From NCBI GenBank assembly GCA_019752125.1, contig JAIEMM010000002.1, positions 67,062 to 131,061 on the forward strand: a stretch of 64,000 bases of DNA. Reading direction: 5' to 3'. Below, in pieces: positions 62,837-64,000 of the stretch (position 1 is the stretch's first letter; the number at the start of each line of letters is the position of its first letter). A program made the position numbers and the translations under genes. The notes beneath the pieces were generated by a model that saw nothing but the letters and a program-made list of their open reading frames with translations, did not search any database and had not been told where the DNA came from. The stretch is from Patescibacteria group bacterium. GTDB taxonomy: Bacteria > Patescibacteriota > Minisyncoccia > Phycocordibacterales > SBAW01.

Positions 62837-63745
62837 ATGCAATACCCGAAGATTTCGATTGTGGTCCACAGCTTCAACCGAGCAGATTACCTTAAAGAAG
62901 CTCTGGATTCTATATTGAATCAACAGTATCCAAACTTAGAGTTGGTTGTTGTCGATGACAACTCAAGCGATGACAGCTGGGAGGTCATCGAAGCCTACCG
63001 ACCAAGACTCGCGTACGCAGAAAAGCTTGAAGGCAGCCGGACAAGCCCTATTCACGCACTCAACGTAGGCTTCTCTCATACAACTGGCGAAATAATGGGT
63101 TGGCTTAATAACAAAAATAAACTTATGCCAGGAAGTTTACGTGCGCTCGCTGAAGTGTTTAACACGCTGCCCCATGTTGAATGGCTCACTGGTATAGGAC
63201 TTTTACTAAACAAAGATGGTGTCATCACCGATGTTATTCCTGTGCGTAAAGATCTCTATGAAAGTATGCTGTGTGTTCCTTGGAATATCCAGCAAGAGTC
63301 TACATTTTGGAAACGGTCTTTATGGGAACGAACAAAAGCCTCTTTTGATGAAAAGTATCCGTGGGCATTTGATGTCGCACTCTGGAACACAAAGTTTTTC
63401 TTACACGCATCTCTCTACCACTTAAACACTGTCCTTGGTGCATACCGCAAACTCCCCTCTGCACAAAGCACTGCTCGCAAAGATGAATTCTATTCCTACA
63501 TAGAACTGTCGAGACAAGAACTTAGGCGCAGGGTTCCATTTTCTGTGCTGATACTTTCGTATGTGTATGTTTTCCTACGCATCTTTAAACCAATCCTACG
63601 TAACATCCCCGACAGGATATATGCAATGATTCCTGTATTGAATTGTTTTTGTCACAAGGCAATCCGATTCCAAAACACCAATGGCAATCCACCACACGTA
63701 AAAATCTACAAACGCAATCCGTTTAGAACTATCTTTCCTTGGTAG
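62837..63745 (+). CDS. GT2 glycosyltransferase
   Basis: KISIVV.SFN, VDDNSSD and QESTFW motifs; the DxD region reads WLNNKN. Confidence 0.82.
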   Translation: MQYPKISIVVHSFNRADYLKEALDSILNQQYPNLELVVVDDNSSDDSWEVIEAYRPRLAYAEKLEGSRTSPIHALNVGFSHTTGEIMGWLNNKNKLMPGSLRALAEVFNTLPHVEWLTGIGLLLNKDGVITDVIPVRKDLYESMLCVPWNIQQESTFWKRSLWERTKASFDEKYPWAFDVALWNTKFFLHASLYHLNTVLGAYRKLPSAQSTARKDEFYSYIELSRQELRRRVPFSVLILSYVYVFLRIFKPILRNIPDRIYAMIPVLNCFCHKAIRFQNTNGNPPHVKIYKRNPFRTIFPW

Positions 63746-63759
63746 ACTAACCATCTGAC

Positions 63760-64000
63760 ATGCAACATACGCAAGAAACAAAATTGCAGAAAATGAATCG
63801 GTTCTGGAATGATTCCCCAAGCCAGATGATTCGTTCCAAGAAAACACCAGGCTCCAAAGAGTTTTTTGATGAAATAGAGTGGCGTAGATATTTTCTTGAA
63901 ACCCACATCAAACCGTGGGCGAAATTTGAAACATACGCTGGGAAGAAAGTGTTGGAGGTAGGGTGCGGTATGGGAACTGACACTATGCAATTTGCCCGCG
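63760..64000 (+). CDS. Class I SAM-dependent methyltransferase, truncated by the window end
   Basis: Manual translation MQHTQETKLQKMNRFWND...GKKVLEVGCGMGTD; not in the ORF track. Confidence 0.8.
   Translation, partial: MQHTQETKLQKMNRFWNDSPSQMIRSKKTPGSKEFFDEIEWRRYFLETHIKPWAKFETYAGKKVLEVGCGMGTDTMQFAR

Overview
This 64 kb window most likely comes from a Patescibacteria (CPR, Parcubacteria-like) chromosome. This is inferred from compact genes, dispersed type IV pilins, a split transketolase, giant GNVGIGTTxP-repeat proteins and near-absent Shine-Dalgarno motifs. TGA is used as stop, so the code is 11. Layout: (1) 1-10.4 kb holds pilins, a coiled-coil lytic transglycosylase, rplY and a glycolysis/pentose-phosphate cluster. 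(2) 10.5-11.2 kb holds a RAYT/Y1 HUH transposase with three copies of a short REP-like palindrome, one of them in frame inside its own gene. (3) 11.2-27.9 kb holds a 15.4 kb single-frame giant fibre gene (HTH-TM-modular repeats-chaperone-like domain-Ig-like domain; 5134 residues if read through) interrupted by one TAA. That TAA lies inside a 510-bp in-frame module bounded by 98-bp near-identical direct repeats. A second HTH-TM gene lies upstream. (4) 28-35.7 kb holds housekeeping genes (gatB, obg, ccdA, secA, murB) and an unannotated 14-aa Lys-rich ORF in a highly structured transcript. (5) 35.7-64 kb is a large mixed-orientation surface-glycan locus. Two window-wide patterns stand out: leaderless-type promoters (-10 box 6-8 nt before ATG), including a palindromic bidirectional one, and several small palindromes or hairpins lying in frame inside protein genes. 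No rRNA, tRNA, CRISPR array or reverse transcriptase was seen. All product calls come from motif recognition by eye; no database search was run.
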